A stretch of 64,000 bases of DNA from Acidobacteriota bacterium (GCA_003222675.1 QHWT01000046.1:51987-115986); one strand, 5' to 3'. Counted from the stretch's first letter, positions 8,707 through 17,663 are shown. Numbers and translations: made by a program. Notes: a model not told the origin generated them from the sequence alone.

Positions 8707-10749
8707 GTGAAACGGGTCGCGGTTATCGCCTCCTTGGTGGTCATTGCGTGCACACGCACGCCGCCGCTAACCTCCGCCGCCCCACCCAACATTCTCCTCA
8801 TCACGATCGACACGCTGCGCGCGGATCGCGTCGGGCGCGGACTGACGCCGTCGATCGATAGACTCGCGGTACGCGGCACGCGGTTCACGAACGCACGCGC
8901 GACCGTCCCGCTGACGCTGCCGTCACACGTCTCGATCATGACGGGAGAGTTGCCGCCACAGAGTGGCGTTCGCGTGAACGGCGCCGGCGGCCTCGCAGCC
9001 GGTCATCCGACGATTGCGCGCGTGTTGAAAGATGGCGGGTATCGCACCGGCGCGTTCGTCGGGGCGTATGTGCTCGACAAGCGGTTCGGGCTGGCCGACG
9101 GATTCGATCTCTACGACGATCGCGTCGAGCGAGATCCGTCCGGCGCCGTAATCCTCGAAGCTGAGCGGCGCGGCGATGCGGTCGTGAACGCCGCGCTCGC
9201 ATGGCTTCCCTCGTCCGACCCACGCCCGTTCTTCGCCTGGGTCCATCTCTACGACCCGCACGCGCCGTACGATCCGCCGGCCAAGTATCTGGCACGGGCG
9301 AAGAACATTCCGTACGACGGCGAGGTCGCCTTCGCGGACGCGCAGGTCGGACGCGTGCTCGACTGGCTGACGTCATCGGGCCTGGAGAGTCGAACGGTGA
9401 TCGCGATCGCCGGCGATCATGGCGAGGGGCTCGGCGACCACGGCGAGCTGACACACGGCATGCTGGCGTACGATTCCACCCTCCGGGTGCCGTTGGTGAT
9501 CACGGTGCCAGGCGCCGTTGCCGCAACCGTAGGCGAAGCCGTCTCGCTCGTCGATCTGGCCGGCACGCTGGCAGAGCTCGCGCACCGTCCGCGGCCGGCC
9601 ACCATGCACGCGCAGTCGCTGATGCGCGCGCCCATCGGTGAGCGTGATGTCTACGCCGAGACGGACTATCCACGCGCTGCGGGGTGGCATTCGCTGCGCG
9701 TTCTCGTGGCGGATCGGTGGAAGCTGATCGCCTCGTCGGAGCCGGAGCTGTACGACCTCCGCGTCGATCCGGGCGAGACGCGCAACGTCGCGTCTGACAG
9801 AAGCCCTTGGCTCGCGGGCCTCAGTACGCGCCTTCGCGAAATCGAATCCGCGCCTGGCGCCCCGCCGTCATCGGCTGGCGCATCGGTTCCCACCGACGTT
9901 GCCGAACGGCTGCGCGCGCTCGGCTACGTCTCCGGTGGTTCTTCCACTGACGTGCGCGACGATCGGGCACCGAACCCGGCGCGTCATCTCGCCGCATGGA
10001 ATGCATTCGAGCGGGACCTGTCGCGTCTCGCGGCGGGCGATGCGCGGCGGGCGCTCCCGGGCCTCATCCGGCTGGCGCGTGCATTCCCAGACTCGCCGCT
10101 GTTTCAATCGACATACGCGCGTGCCCTTAAGGACACCGGGCGCGTGACCGAAGCGTTCGACATCTACAAGCGGCTGGTCGCGCGTTGGCCGCGGAATGCC
10201 GATCTCTACCACGATCTCGCCGTGGTGGCCGCCGCCGCGGGGCTTCCAAAAGAGGCCGCGCGCGCCGAGCAGGCCGCGCTCGCGCTCGAGCCGTCGAATG
10301 CCGCGGCTGCGAACGGACTCGGCCTGTTGCACATCGAGAGCGGTCGCACGTCCGACGCGGCAGCGGCGTTCGAGCAGGCGGTGAAGCTCGATCCCTCCAA
10401 CGCGACGTTCTGGACGAACCTGGGCAACGCGCGGCGGGCCGAAGGGAACGCGGCGGCCGCTGAGCAGGCGTATCGCAAGGCGCTCGAGCTCAATCCGCGC
10501 CACGCCGATGCAGCCAACGGCATCGGCGTCCTGCTGGTGCAGGCACATCGCGCCGGTGAAGCGATTCCGTTCTTCGAACGGGCGCTCGCCGGATCGCCGC
10601 GCTTCGCCGAAGCGCGTCTCAATCTCGGGATTGCTTACCAGGAGAGTGGGAACAGCGACAGGGCCGCCGAACAGTACCGGCGCGTGCTGGAAGTCGCGCC
10701 GCCCCGCTCACGCGAGTATCAGGCGGCGTCGGCGTTGTTGAATAAATAG
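8707..10749 (+). CDS. sulfatase-like (alkaline phosphatase superfamily) lipoprotein with C-terminal TPR repeats
   Basis: Lipobox [22 protein letters not shown] metal-site motif, [13 protein letters not shown]-terminal TPR units ([15 protein letters not shown]..., [16 protein letters not shown]...). The nucleophile position reads TLPSH (Thr), not the C/S-x-P-x-R formylglycine motif. Confidence 0.8.
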   Translation: MKRVAVIASLVVIACTRTPPLTSAAPPNILLITIDTLRADRVGRGLTPSIDRLAVRGTRFTNARATVPLTLPSHVSIMTGELPPQSGVRVNGAGGLAAGHPTIARVLKDGGYRTGAFVGAYVLDKRFGLADGFDLYDDRVERDPSGAVILEAERRGDAVVNAALAWLPSSDPRPFFAWVHLYDPHAPYDPPAKYLARAKNIPYDGEVAFADAQVGRVLDWLTSSGLESRTVIAIAGDHGEGLGDHGELTHGMLAYDSTLRVPLVITVPGAVAATVGEAVSLVDLAGTLAELAHRPRPATMHAQSLMRAPIGERDVYAETDYPRAAGWHSLRVLVADRWKLIASSEPELYDLRVDPGETRNVASDRSPWLAGLSTRLREIESAPGAPPSSAGASVPTDVAERLRALGYVSGGSSTDVRDDRAPNPARHLAAWNAFERDLSRLAAGDARRALPGLIRLARAFPDSPLFQSTYARALKDTGRVTEAFDIYKRLVARWPRNADLYHDLAVVAAAAGLPKEAARAEQAALALEPSNAAAANGLGLLHIESGRTSDAAAAFEQAVKLDPSNATFWTNLGNARRAEGNAAAAEQAYRKALELNPRHADAANGIGVLLVQAHRAGEAIPFFERALAGSPRFAEARLNLGIAYQESGNSDRAAEQYRRVLEVAPPRSREYQAASALLNK

Positions 10750-10751
10750 AA

Positions 10752-10924
10752 GCTGGGAGCTGGGAGCTGGGAGCTGGGAGCTGGGAGCTGGGAGCTGGGA
10801 GCTGGGAGCTGGGAGCTGGGAGCTGGGAGCTGGGAGCTGAGCTGGGAGCTGGGAGCTGGGAGCTGGGAGCTGGGAGCTGGGAGCTGGGAGCTGGGAGCTG
10901 GGAGCTGGAAGCTGGAAGCTGGAA
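10752..10924. repeat. perfect heptanucleotide microsatellite (GCTGGGA)12 - GCTGA - (GCTGGGA)9 - (GCTGGAA)3
   Basis: Counted directly. Starts 3 nt after the stop codon at 10749. Confidence 0.95.
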
Positions 10925-10934
10925 GCTAAGAAAA

Positions 10935-10962
10935 CGGCTGGCCCCCCGAAGTGAGCCAGCCG
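10935..10962. terminator. bidirectional intrinsic-terminator-like hairpin
   Basis: CGGCTGGC-12 nt loop-GCCAGCCG (8-bp stem). On the minus strand it is followed by TTTTCTT, downstream of the TonB-dependent receptor. Confidence 0.65.
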
Positions 10963-10965
10963 GCC

Positions 10966-11006
10966 TTCTGTCTTCTGTCTTCTGTCTACTGCCTACTGTC
11001 TACTGC
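10966..11006. repeat. heptanucleotide tandem repeat (TTCTGTC)3(TACTGYC)3
   Basis: Counted directly. Abuts the stop of the minus-strand receptor gene (11009). Confidence 0.9.
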
Positions 11007-11008
11007 TT

Positions 11009-13966
11009 TTAGAACGAGAACCTGAATCCGATCTGGCCGACGCGCTGCTCGGGCTGCTGGAAGTCGCCCGCGAAGTTCGTCGGCTTCAGGAAGTCAGGAT
11101 TCGCGTCCCCTGTGCGCAACAGGCGCGTGGTGATGAACCCGGCCGGGTTCCTGGCGTTCAGCAGGTTGAAGAACTCGCCGATCGCTTCGATCCGGGTGGT
11201 GCCAAACAGCGGGAAGCTGCGCGAGACGCGCAGGTTCATCTGCGTCCGCCACGCCCCGCGCCCGCAGTTCCACGTCTTGCAATCGCCGATTTCCTTGACC
11301 CTGGCGCTGCCGTCCGCGTTGAGGCCATCGAATGCATATGCCTTCGCGGGGCTGTCGTTCCGCTCGCTGTTCTGATTCGTGTCCAGCCCCTCGATGATCG
11401 ACACGGGCAGCGGCGAACGGAACAGGAAGATCGGCGACACGGTGAAGCCCTTCATCTGGAAGATGCCCGCGAGCGTCCCCTGGTGCCGCGCGTCGGTACG
11501 CGAGGTCGGACCCATCACGCGCGGATCGTCGTAGAGCAGGGTCGCATCCTGCAGGTTGTTCGAGTTGAGCTCGTCGGACGCCGTGCCGATATCGCTCCTC
11601 GCCTTGGCCAGTGTGTAGGTCGCGGTGAAGTCGATCCCGCGACTCATACGGCGCTTCACGCCAAAGATGCCAGCGGTGTATTCGCTCTCTCCCTGGCTGA
11701 TCGCCGGCCGTGTGCTCAGCGCGTTCGGTGTCAGGCCGGTGAACGCAAGGACGCGGGGCGCGGACGGCTGTCCGACCGGACGTACGTTGAGGCGCGGACG
11801 CGAGTTCAAGTTGCGGCCGTCCGCACGCACGAAGTCGACGCCGAAGACTGTGCTCGCGTTCAGCTGATGCGACCAGCCGAGCGCAGTCTGACGCGTGTAG
11901 GGCAGCTGCAGCCGCGGATCGACCCACTGACCGAACAGCGGGATCGAGCTCGTGTCCGCCTGGTTCTGCGAAATGATGTTCGAGATTGGCTGGCCGATCT
12001 GGTAGAAGCTGCCGTCCGGATTCCGGATGCCGCTCTGATTGTCGACGTTCAGCACCGTCCCGAAGCCTTTGCCCGTCGCGTCGCTCGCCGCGAACAGACC
12101 GTTCGAGTTGGTGTACGCCATATCCATGTAGATGCCCCAGCCGGCGCGGACGACGTCCATGCCGTTGCCTCGCACGTCCCACGCGACGCCAAGTCGGGGC
12201 TGCCAGTTGTTCCCGTCCTCCTTGGGATCCTTACCGAAGTTCTCCAACCCTTTGATGCCGGCGAACAGCCCCGCCTTGCCTGCGTTCTGGAATCGGATGA
12301 AATTCGGGTTCTTCGACTGATCGAACTGATAGCCGGTGATGTAGTCGTAGCGGAGCCCCAGATTCACCGTGACGCGCGCCGACGCACGCCAGTCGTCCTG
12401 GATGTAGCCGGCGTACTGCCTCAGCGGAATATTCGCCGATGCGTCGCCATCGTTCAGCGTGACGTTCGACAGGGGCCCGCTCAGGCTGTTATCGAGGTGC
12501 GTGTACTGCAGCACGCCCTTGCCCGAGTTGAACGTGATGAACAGGCGCGGCTCGTTGATGAAGTTGAATCCGGTCTTCAAGTCGTGCCCGAGGCCGCCCA
12601 TTCCCGACATGTGCCAGGAGAAATCGTCTCGGAACTGGAACTTGTGCTGCTCGGTCGTCTGCGGCGTGTTGACGCTCTGGCCGACGAACACGTTGTTGTT
12701 CGGGAACGCCTGGTAAGGATCCGTGCTGGCAGCCCCGATGTGGTTACGGAAGTCGGCGTATTGAAAGATGAACTCGTTCAGCTTCGCGCCACCGAGGACC
12801 CAGTTGTGGTTCAGGTTGACCGAGTTGAACGTGTTCACGCTGTCGCCCCACCCGTTCGGCGCGGTGTGCGAATTTGCGCCGTACGGCTGGCTGTTCGTGT
12901 TGCGGCCGTACCGAACCGAGAGGTACTGCTGCGCGTTCATCTGCGACGTGAGCTTCGTGGTCAGCAGGTTCTCCCGGTACGGCGTGTTGTAGACGCCATC
13001 CAGATTGGGGAATAGCCCCTGCGTGCTGACCGCCTGCTTCGTGTCCTGCTGTGTCCGCTCCGCGGCGATGAAGTAGTGAGCCTTGTCCTTGATGACCGGG
13101 CCGCCGAAGCTGCCGCCGAACTGGTTCCGGCGGTAATCCTGCTTGTCGATGCCGCTCGTCTTTTCAACGTAGGTCGCGGCATTCATCGACTTGTCGCGGA
13201 ACAGCTCGAAGAAGCTGCCGTGCAGATCGTTCGTGCCGCTCTTGGTGACGATGTTCATGACGCCGCCGTTGCTGCGGCCGTTCTCCGCCTTGGAGCGCGA
13301 GGTGACGAAGTTGAACTCCTGGATCGCTTCGAGGGGGAAGAGCTGCAGCAAACCGCCGACCGTGTCGTCGTTGTTGTCGCCGCCATCGATCTGGTAGTTG
13401 ATGTTGCGGCCGTTGCCGCCGTTGATTTGCGGTGAGTACTGCGTGCTCTTCGTCGGGTCGCTGTGGAACCCGAGGCCGACGCCCGGGATCGTGACCGCGA
13501 GGTTTGCGAACTGCCGTCCGTTCAGCGGCAGGTTCTCGATGCGCTTGACGTCGACGACCCCGCCGACCGAGGAGCTGCTCGTCTGGATCAGCGGTGACTC
13601 CGCCGTGACGCTGACGTTCTCCGACAGACCGGCCAGCTTGAGATCGACGTTCACGTCAATCGTCTGGCCTACGTTGACGACGAGCCCTTTGCGATCGTAA
13701 GGGGCGAAGCCGGTAATGTCGGCATGCAGGTCGTAGGTGCCGATGGTTAGCGAGTTGAGACGGTAAACGCCTTCCGCGTCAGTCACCTCGGACCGGGTGA
13801 ACCCCGTTTCGGCGTTCTTCGCCGTGACCGTGACACCCGGCACCGCGGCCTTCTGCGCGTCGACGATCCGCCCCTGGATGTTGCCGGTGGTCTGTTGCGC
13901 CGTCGCAGACGCTGTCGCGAGCGTGAACGCGCAGAGCGCGATCATCGCAACGATAATCTTCTTCAT
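11009..13966 (-). CDS. TonB-dependent receptor with CarboxypepD_reg-like N-terminal domain
   Basis: Signal peptide, then [44 protein letters not shown] (carboxypeptidase-regulatory-like fold). Plug-like region. Long beta-barrel ending in the aromatic terminus ...IGFRFSF. Confidence 0.9.
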   Translation of the reverse strand: MKKIIVAMIALCAFTLATASATAQQTTGNIQGRIVDAQKAAVPGVTVTAKNAETGFTRSEVTDAEGVYRLNSLTIGTYDLHADITGFAPYDRKGLVVNVGQTIDVNVDLKLAGLSENVSVTAESPLIQTSSSSVGGVVDVKRIENLPLNGRQFANLAVTIPGVGLGFHSDPTKSTQYSPQINGGNGRNINYQIDGGDNNDDTVGGLLQLFPLEAIQEFNFVTSRSKAENGRSNGGVMNIVTKSGTNDLHGSFFELFRDKSMNAATYVEKTSGIDKQDYRRNQFGGSFGGPVIKDKAHYFIAAERTQQDTKQAVSTQGLFPNLDGVYNTPYRENLLTTKLTSQMNAQQYLSVRYGRNTNSQPYGANSHTAPNGWGDSVNTFNSVNLNHNWVLGGAKLNEFIFQYADFRNHIGAASTDPYQAFPNNNVFVGQSVNTPQTTEQHKFQFRDDFSWHMSGMGGLGHDLKTGFNFINEPRLFITFNSGKGVLQYTHLDNSLSGPLSNVTLNDGDASANIPLRQYAGYIQDDWRASARVTVNLGLRYDYITGYQFDQSKNPNFIRFQNAGKAGLFAGIKGLENFGKDPKEDGNNWQPRLGVAWDVRGNGMDVVRAGWGIYMDMAYTNSNGLFAASDATGKGFGTVLNVDNQSGIRNPDGSFYQIGQPISNIISQNQADTSSIPLFGQWVDPRLQLPYTRQTALGWSHQLNASTVFGVDFVRADGRNLNSRPRLNVRPVGQPSAPRVLAFTGLTPNALSTRPAISQGESEYTAGIFGVKRRMSRGIDFTATYTLAKARSDIGTASDELNSNNLQDATLLYDDPRVMGPTSRTDARHQGTLAGIFQMKGFTVSPIFLFRSPLPVSIIEGLDTNQNSERNDSPAKAYAFDGLNADGSARVKEIGDCKTWNCGRGAWRTQMNLRVSRSFPLFGTTRIEAIGEFFNLLNARNPAGFITTRLLRTGDANPDFLKPTNFAGDFQQPEQRVGQIGFRFSF

Positions 13967-14234
13967 GCCTGTCTGGCCTCCGTTTAAAGAAAGAAACCCC
14001 TCTGGCGAGGAGCTGTGACGAATGACAATAGCAAGGCACGCTCCAGCACGACAGTGACGAGCTGCCCTCGGAAACTGATGAAATAACAGTAGTTAGGGAC
14101 TGATAGTTGAGGCACGGTGCCAACCGTGTATAGGCGGAATCCAAACCATTGGTTTCGAGTGGGGCCGCGATACGGAAATACCGTGGCGAAGTGCCATTCG
14201 GCACCACGAAGCGCCTTCTGGTCCGCACCGAATC

Positions 14235-16124
14235 CTAGTCTGACGGCGGACGGACGGCTGCCAGAAGTCGTTCAACTTCCGGCCGCTGCGGCGCTGATTC
14301 GGGCAAACGCCGTAAAAGCTCCGCCGCCTCGCGAGCGGCATCGTCGCGGCGACCCAGGCGGCCATACGCGACCGCGAGCGAGAAGCGCGCCTGGTGCAAA
14401 TCGGGATCGAACGACAGGGCATGCTGCAGAAACGGGAGCCCGTCAGCGGGACGCCCGCCGTCCGAGATGGCTATCCCCAGGTTTGCCAGGACGACGGGGT
14501 TATTCGGTTCGATTTGTTCGGCAAGGCGCAGCGTGCGTTCCGCCACATCGCGCTGACCGTCAGACATCGCGCACCCCGCAAGCCCGAGGTGCGCGTCGAC
14601 GCTCGGCAGATGTTCGGCGATCGCTGCGCGAAATTGCGTAACGGCGTCCCGGCACCTGCCCTTCGCGACGAGCACGTATCCGAGTCGCACGTGCGCCTGG
14701 GGATTGCTTGGATCTTGTTTGAGGATCTCGCGGAGGGCCCGTTCGAGCTCAGGACCCCGTAGTTCCCCTGACGTGACCTCCGCCAGATGGGCCGCGAGCT
14801 CGCGCCGGTCCTTCGGATCCGCGCGATCCGTGCCGCCAGTCGACGTCGCGACATATCCGAGGGCCTGCAGCCGCGCGAGCGCTTCGCGATCGGGCGCGGC
14901 GGCGTGAGGCGCAAGCGTCGCGCTCGACACGCCATCGGTCCGCCGGGCCAACTCGGACGCGCGCGTCGTTTCCGTCGCGACGAGGTTGTCGGTCTCAGCC
15001 GGATCGTGCTGCAGATCGTAGAGCTCGGGCTTGGGGGCCGCAATGTACTTCCAGCGCTCGTCGCGCAGGGTCCTGAGCGGGCTCCAGCCGAAATCGAGCA
15101 ACGGCGCAAATGACTCCGCATATAGAGTGCGCGCGGGCAACGTCCCGCCGGTCAGCGCCGGTGACAGATTGATCCCGTCTGCATCGAAGCGCGGGAGGCC
15201 GGTGCGCGCCGCGATCGTCGGCGCGATGTCGACGAGTGACGCGATCTGCTCGACCGTCTGGCCCGCTGGCACTCCGGGTCCTGCGACGAGAAGTGGAACA
15301 CGCAGCGTCGTGTCGTATGTGAACACGCTGTGGCTGATTTCGCCGTGCTCGCCGAATGCTTCGCCATGATCCGCCGCCGCCACGATCAGCGTGTCGTGAC
15401 GCGAGTCGCCAAGCGCATCGATCAGGCGTCCCATCTGTCGATCCGCCTCGGCAATCTCATCGTCGTAGCGAACTGCGACGGGACGCCGCGCCTCGCTAGG
15501 ATCCGCCGGGTTGCCGTACGGCGCATGCGGTTCGAAGAGGTGGACCCAGACAAAGAAGCGCTGATGAAGGTGACCACCGATCCAGTCCATCGCTTCATCG
15601 ACGACCATGCGCCCGGGACGTTCGTTTGCCGGACGTCCATCCTCGCCGCGCGGCATGCGGTCGCTGTAGATCTGGAACCCTTTGCTCAGTCCGAACCGGC
15701 GGTCGAGTGGAAACGCGGCGATGAATGCCGCCGTCGCAAAGCCTTGCTGCGCGAGCACGTCGGCAATCGTCGGGATGCGCGAATCCACGCGCATGCCGTT
15801 GTGGCGTGCGCCATGACCGGGCGGGTAGCGTCCCGTCATCAGGCTCGCGTGCGAGGTCAGCGTAATGGGGGCCGCGGCATAGGCCGCATCGAAGCGAACG
15901 CCGCTGCGCGCGAGCGCATCGAGCGCGGGCGTGCGCGCGGCAGAGTAGCCATACGCACCCACTCGATCGGCGCGCAGCGTGTCGATCGTGATGAGGAGGA
16001 CGTTGCGCGCGACCCGCGAATTGTCCGCAGGCGGAGCCGCCGCGTCGCGCGAACACGCGGCTGCCAGGGTGAGGGTTACGACGCCGATGAATGCGCGCAC
16101 GAGAACATGACCAGCACTCGACAA
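14235..16124 (-). CDS. sulfatase-like lipoprotein with C-terminal TPR repeats (paralog of 8707..10749)
   Basis: Lipobox [34 protein letters not shown]-terminal TPR. Nucleophile position ITLTSH (Thr). The track start is TTG 16124; GTG 16100 is an alternative. Confidence 0.8.
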   Translation of the reverse strand: MSSAGHVLVRAFIGVVTLTLAAACSRDAAAPPADNSRVARNVLLITIDTLRADRVGAYGYSAARTPALDALARSGVRFDAAYAAAPITLTSHASLMTGRYPPGHGARHNGMRVDSRIPTIADVLAQQGFATAAFIAAFPLDRRFGLSKGFQIYSDRMPRGEDGRPANERPGRMVVDEAMDWIGGHLHQRFFVWVHLFEPHAPYGNPADPSEARRPVAVRYDDEIAEADRQMGRLIDALGDSRHDTLIVAAADHGEAFGEHGEISHSVFTYDTTLRVPLLVAGPGVPAGQTVEQIASLVDIAPTIAARTGLPRFDADGINLSPALTGGTLPARTLYAESFAPLLDFGWSPLRTLRDERWKYIAAPKPELYDLQHDPAETDNLVATETTRASELARRTDGVSSATLAPHAAAPDREALARLQALGYVATSTGGTDRADPKDRRELAAHLAEVTSGELRGPELERALREILKQDPSNPQAHVRLGYVLVAKGRCRDAVTQFRAAIAEHLPSVDAHLGLAGCAMSDGQRDVAERTLRLAEQIEPNNPVVLANLGIAISDGGRPADGLPFLQHALSFDPDLHQARFSLAVAYGRLGRRDDAAREAAELLRRLPESAPQRPEVERLLAAVRPPSD

Positions 16125-16186
16125 TGTTCAATGCTGAATGCCCAACAGACCTCCTTGAACATTGAGCACTGGACATTGAGCATTGA

Positions 16187-16339
16187 TCAGCGCGAGCCCT
16201 TGGGCGAGCGCGCAGCCGCAGCTCCCGCTTCGCCCGCCGGCCTGCGTTCGGCGAGCATCTGCCGAATTTTTGCGCGGCGAACGACGCCGCGCTTGCGATT
16301 GATCTGGTGCCGGGACTTGTCGCCGTTTCTTGCGGACAT
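16187..16339 (-). CDS. candidate small basic protein (50 aa), below the ORF-track size cutoff
   Basis: ATG 16339 lies 4 nt downstream of GAGG. Translation: MSARNGDKSRHQINRKRGVVRRAKIRQMLAERRPAGEAGAAAARSPKGSR*. Third codon positions are mostly G/C, as in the neighbouring genes. Confidence 0.3.
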   Translation of the reverse strand: MSARNGDKSRHQINRKRGVVRRAKIRQMLAERRPAGEAGAAAARSPKGSR

Positions 16340-16349
16340 AACGCCTCAA

Positions 16350-16457
16350 TTTGGTGATTCCGTGATCTGGTGATTTGGTGAATTGCATCGCACCAGCGCG
16401 GGCGGTAGCCCGCGCAAGGCTGAATCACTAAATCACTGAATCACCAAATCACCAAAT
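16350..16457. repeat. inverted word-repeat hairpin (GGTGATT / AATCACY words) enclosing a GC stem-loop
   Basis: Left arm TTTGGTGATTCCGTGATCTGGTGATTTGGTGAATT. Inner stem GCGCGGG-CGGTAG-CCCGCGC. Right arm GAATCACTAAATCACTGAATCACCAAATCACCAAATCC. Confidence 0.75.
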
Positions 16458-16461
16458 CCGC

Positions 16462-16760
16462 TCAGTCTGCGCGAAGCGCGACCATCGGATCGACGCCGAA
16501 GCGACGGATCCACAGCTCATAGCTGATCACCGCAACAGAAGTCCGCCGGTCCGGTCGTCGTTATCGTTGAGGAGTCTGCCTCTGACGAGGGCCCTGCCGA
16601 GCGTGCGCAACTAACTGCCGCTCACGGGGGCGCCGTAAATGCGCTCCGCCTCGCGTCCGTCACCAAGGCTGATGGGCTGAGGCTCGACTGGGTAGGCATA
16701 CATGTCGGACAACGTAGGAGCAGGGTTCCGGACATTACGAATCGCTTCGTATGTGACGGA
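16462..16760 (-). pseudogene. relic of an ADOP/MacB-type permease, N-terminal periplasmic-domain fragment with in-frame stop and frameshift
   Basis: Minus-strand reading gives ...SVTYEAIRNVRNPAPTLSDMYAYPVEPQPISLGDGREAERIYGAPVSGS*LRTLGRALVRGRLLNDNDDR. After a frameshift it continues VAVISYELWIRRFGVDPMVALRAD*. This matches the order ...ERV.G..VS..fF..LGv.p.lGR.f...Dd....vaViS..lWqrrFggdp.vvGr of that family. Confidence 0.7.
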
Positions 16761-16792
16761 TTGCGGCGCCGCATCGTTCCGCCGCGCCTCCG

Positions 16793-16970
16793 GACGCGGG
16801 GCGCGGGGCGCGGGGCGCGGGATCCCGCGTTCTTCATTTTTCAACCCGTACCCCACATTCCGCACCCCGCACCCCGCACCCCGCACCCCGCACCCCGCAT
16901 CCCGCACCCCGCCCCGCATCCCGCACCCCGCACCCCCCCGGACCTCTGTACCCCGCACCCCGCGCCCCGC
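16793..16970. repeat. G/C-rich heptad arrays in inverted orientation: (GCGGGGC)~4, loop, (CCGCAYC)~12
   Basis: Left arm GACGCGGGGCGCGGGGCGCGGGGCGCGGGA. Right arm CCGCACCCCGCACCCCGCACCCCGCACCCCGCATCCCGCACC... The arms are complementary apart from one transition per heptad. Confidence 0.85.
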
Positions 16971-17000
16971 AGCCCGACTTGGGCATGCGTGTTGCCACTC

Positions 17001-17642
17001 TCAGCACCGGAGGTATCGCAATGCCAAGAGGCGACAAGTCGTCATACACGGACAAGCAAAAACGTCAAGCGGAACACATCGAGGAGGGCTACGAGGATCG
17101 AGGCGTGACGGAAGGTGAAGCGGAGCGGCGCGCGTGGGCGACGGTGAACAAGGAGACCGGCGGAGGGAAGAAGAGCGGGTCAGGGCGCGGCAAGCGCGTG
17201 AACAAGGCGCCGTCGCGCAAAGGCGGACGCAAGGGTGGCCGCGCGGCCGCAGCCTCACGGCGCACGGCCGCCCGGAAATCGGCGTCGCCCTCCTCCTCGA
17301 CGCGGCGGTCGTCGGCGCGCAAGCGCGGTTCGAGCGGCTTACGGAAGAAGCGCTGATCGCGCCTTTTCGATGTGCGGATTTGCGCACGATCCGGGCGAGC
17401 GCCGGGTCGCCCGCGAATCGTTCATCGAGCCATCGTTGTTGTCCGGCGTCCATGATGAAGATGATGTCCGCCCACTCGAGCATCCGGGCGTTCACGTTGA
17501 CCAGCGCGTCTGGACTCGTGCCGGCCGAGCGTACGTCGAGCCCAGGATCCTTGCAGAAAACACGTTCGGCGGTCGCGCTGCGGCTTCGGTTGTACTGACA
17601 CACGAAGAGCACCCGCACGGGCCGCGTCTCCGGGGAACTCAT
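17001..17642 (-). CDS. low-molecular-weight phosphotyrosine phosphatase-like protein, 3' part probably degenerate
   Basis: N-terminus VRVLFVCQYNRSRSATAE carries the CX5R(S/T) P-loop, followed by VRSAGTS and WADIIFIMD. After about residue 86 (about position 17384) similarity stops. The open frame then runs as low-complexity sequence across the whole convergent gene 17021..17356. Confidence 0.55.
   Translation of the reverse strand: MSSPETRPVRVLFVCQYNRSRSATAERVFCKDPGLDVRSAGTSPDALVNVNARMLEWADIIFIMDAGQQRWLDERFAGDPALARIVRKSAHRKGAISASSVSRSNRACAPTTAASRRRATPISGRPCAVRLRPRGHPCVRLCATAPCSRACRALTRSSSLRRSPCSPSPTRAAPLHLPSRLDPRSPPRCVPLDVFACPCMTTCRLLALRYLRC
17021..17356 (+). CDS. small conserved protein (MPRGDKSSYTDKQKRQAEHIEEGYE... 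family) with basic Lys/Arg/Ser-rich tail
   Basis: ATG 17021 lies 6 nt downstream of GGAGGT. The N-terminal 45 aa resemble a widespread small hypothetical protein family. C-terminal tail: GKKSGSGRGKRVNKAPSRKGGRKGGRAAAASRRTAARK... Confidence 0.7.
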   Translation: MPRGDKSSYTDKQKRQAEHIEEGYEDRGVTEGEAERRAWATVNKETGGGKKSGSGRGKRVNKAPSRKGGRKGGRAAAASRRTAARKSASPSSSTRRSSARKRGSSGLRKKR

Positions 17643-17663
17643 CTCTTCGGCTAATCTTAGCTG

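Noticed and set aside
10752-10924. Possible CRISPR array suggested by the regular short repeats.
   Set aside because: The units are directly abutting 7-mers with no spacers, and there are no cas genes in the window. It is a microsatellite, not CRISPR.
13967-14234. Cobalamin or other riboswitch in the 268-nt leader of the TonB-dependent receptor, and a sigma-54-like TGGCAC (palindrome GGCACGGTGCC at 14111-14121).
   Set aside because: I could not find a B12-box-like sequence or other riboswitch core motif on the minus strand. The TGGCAC is not followed by a TTGC-type -12 element at the correct spacing.
16979-17020. TTG start at 16979 for the small basic protein gene.
   Set aside because: The conserved family N-terminus is MPRGDK at ATG 17021 with GGAGGT upstream. 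The extra 14 codons have no RBS and lie at the edge of the C-rich heptad array.
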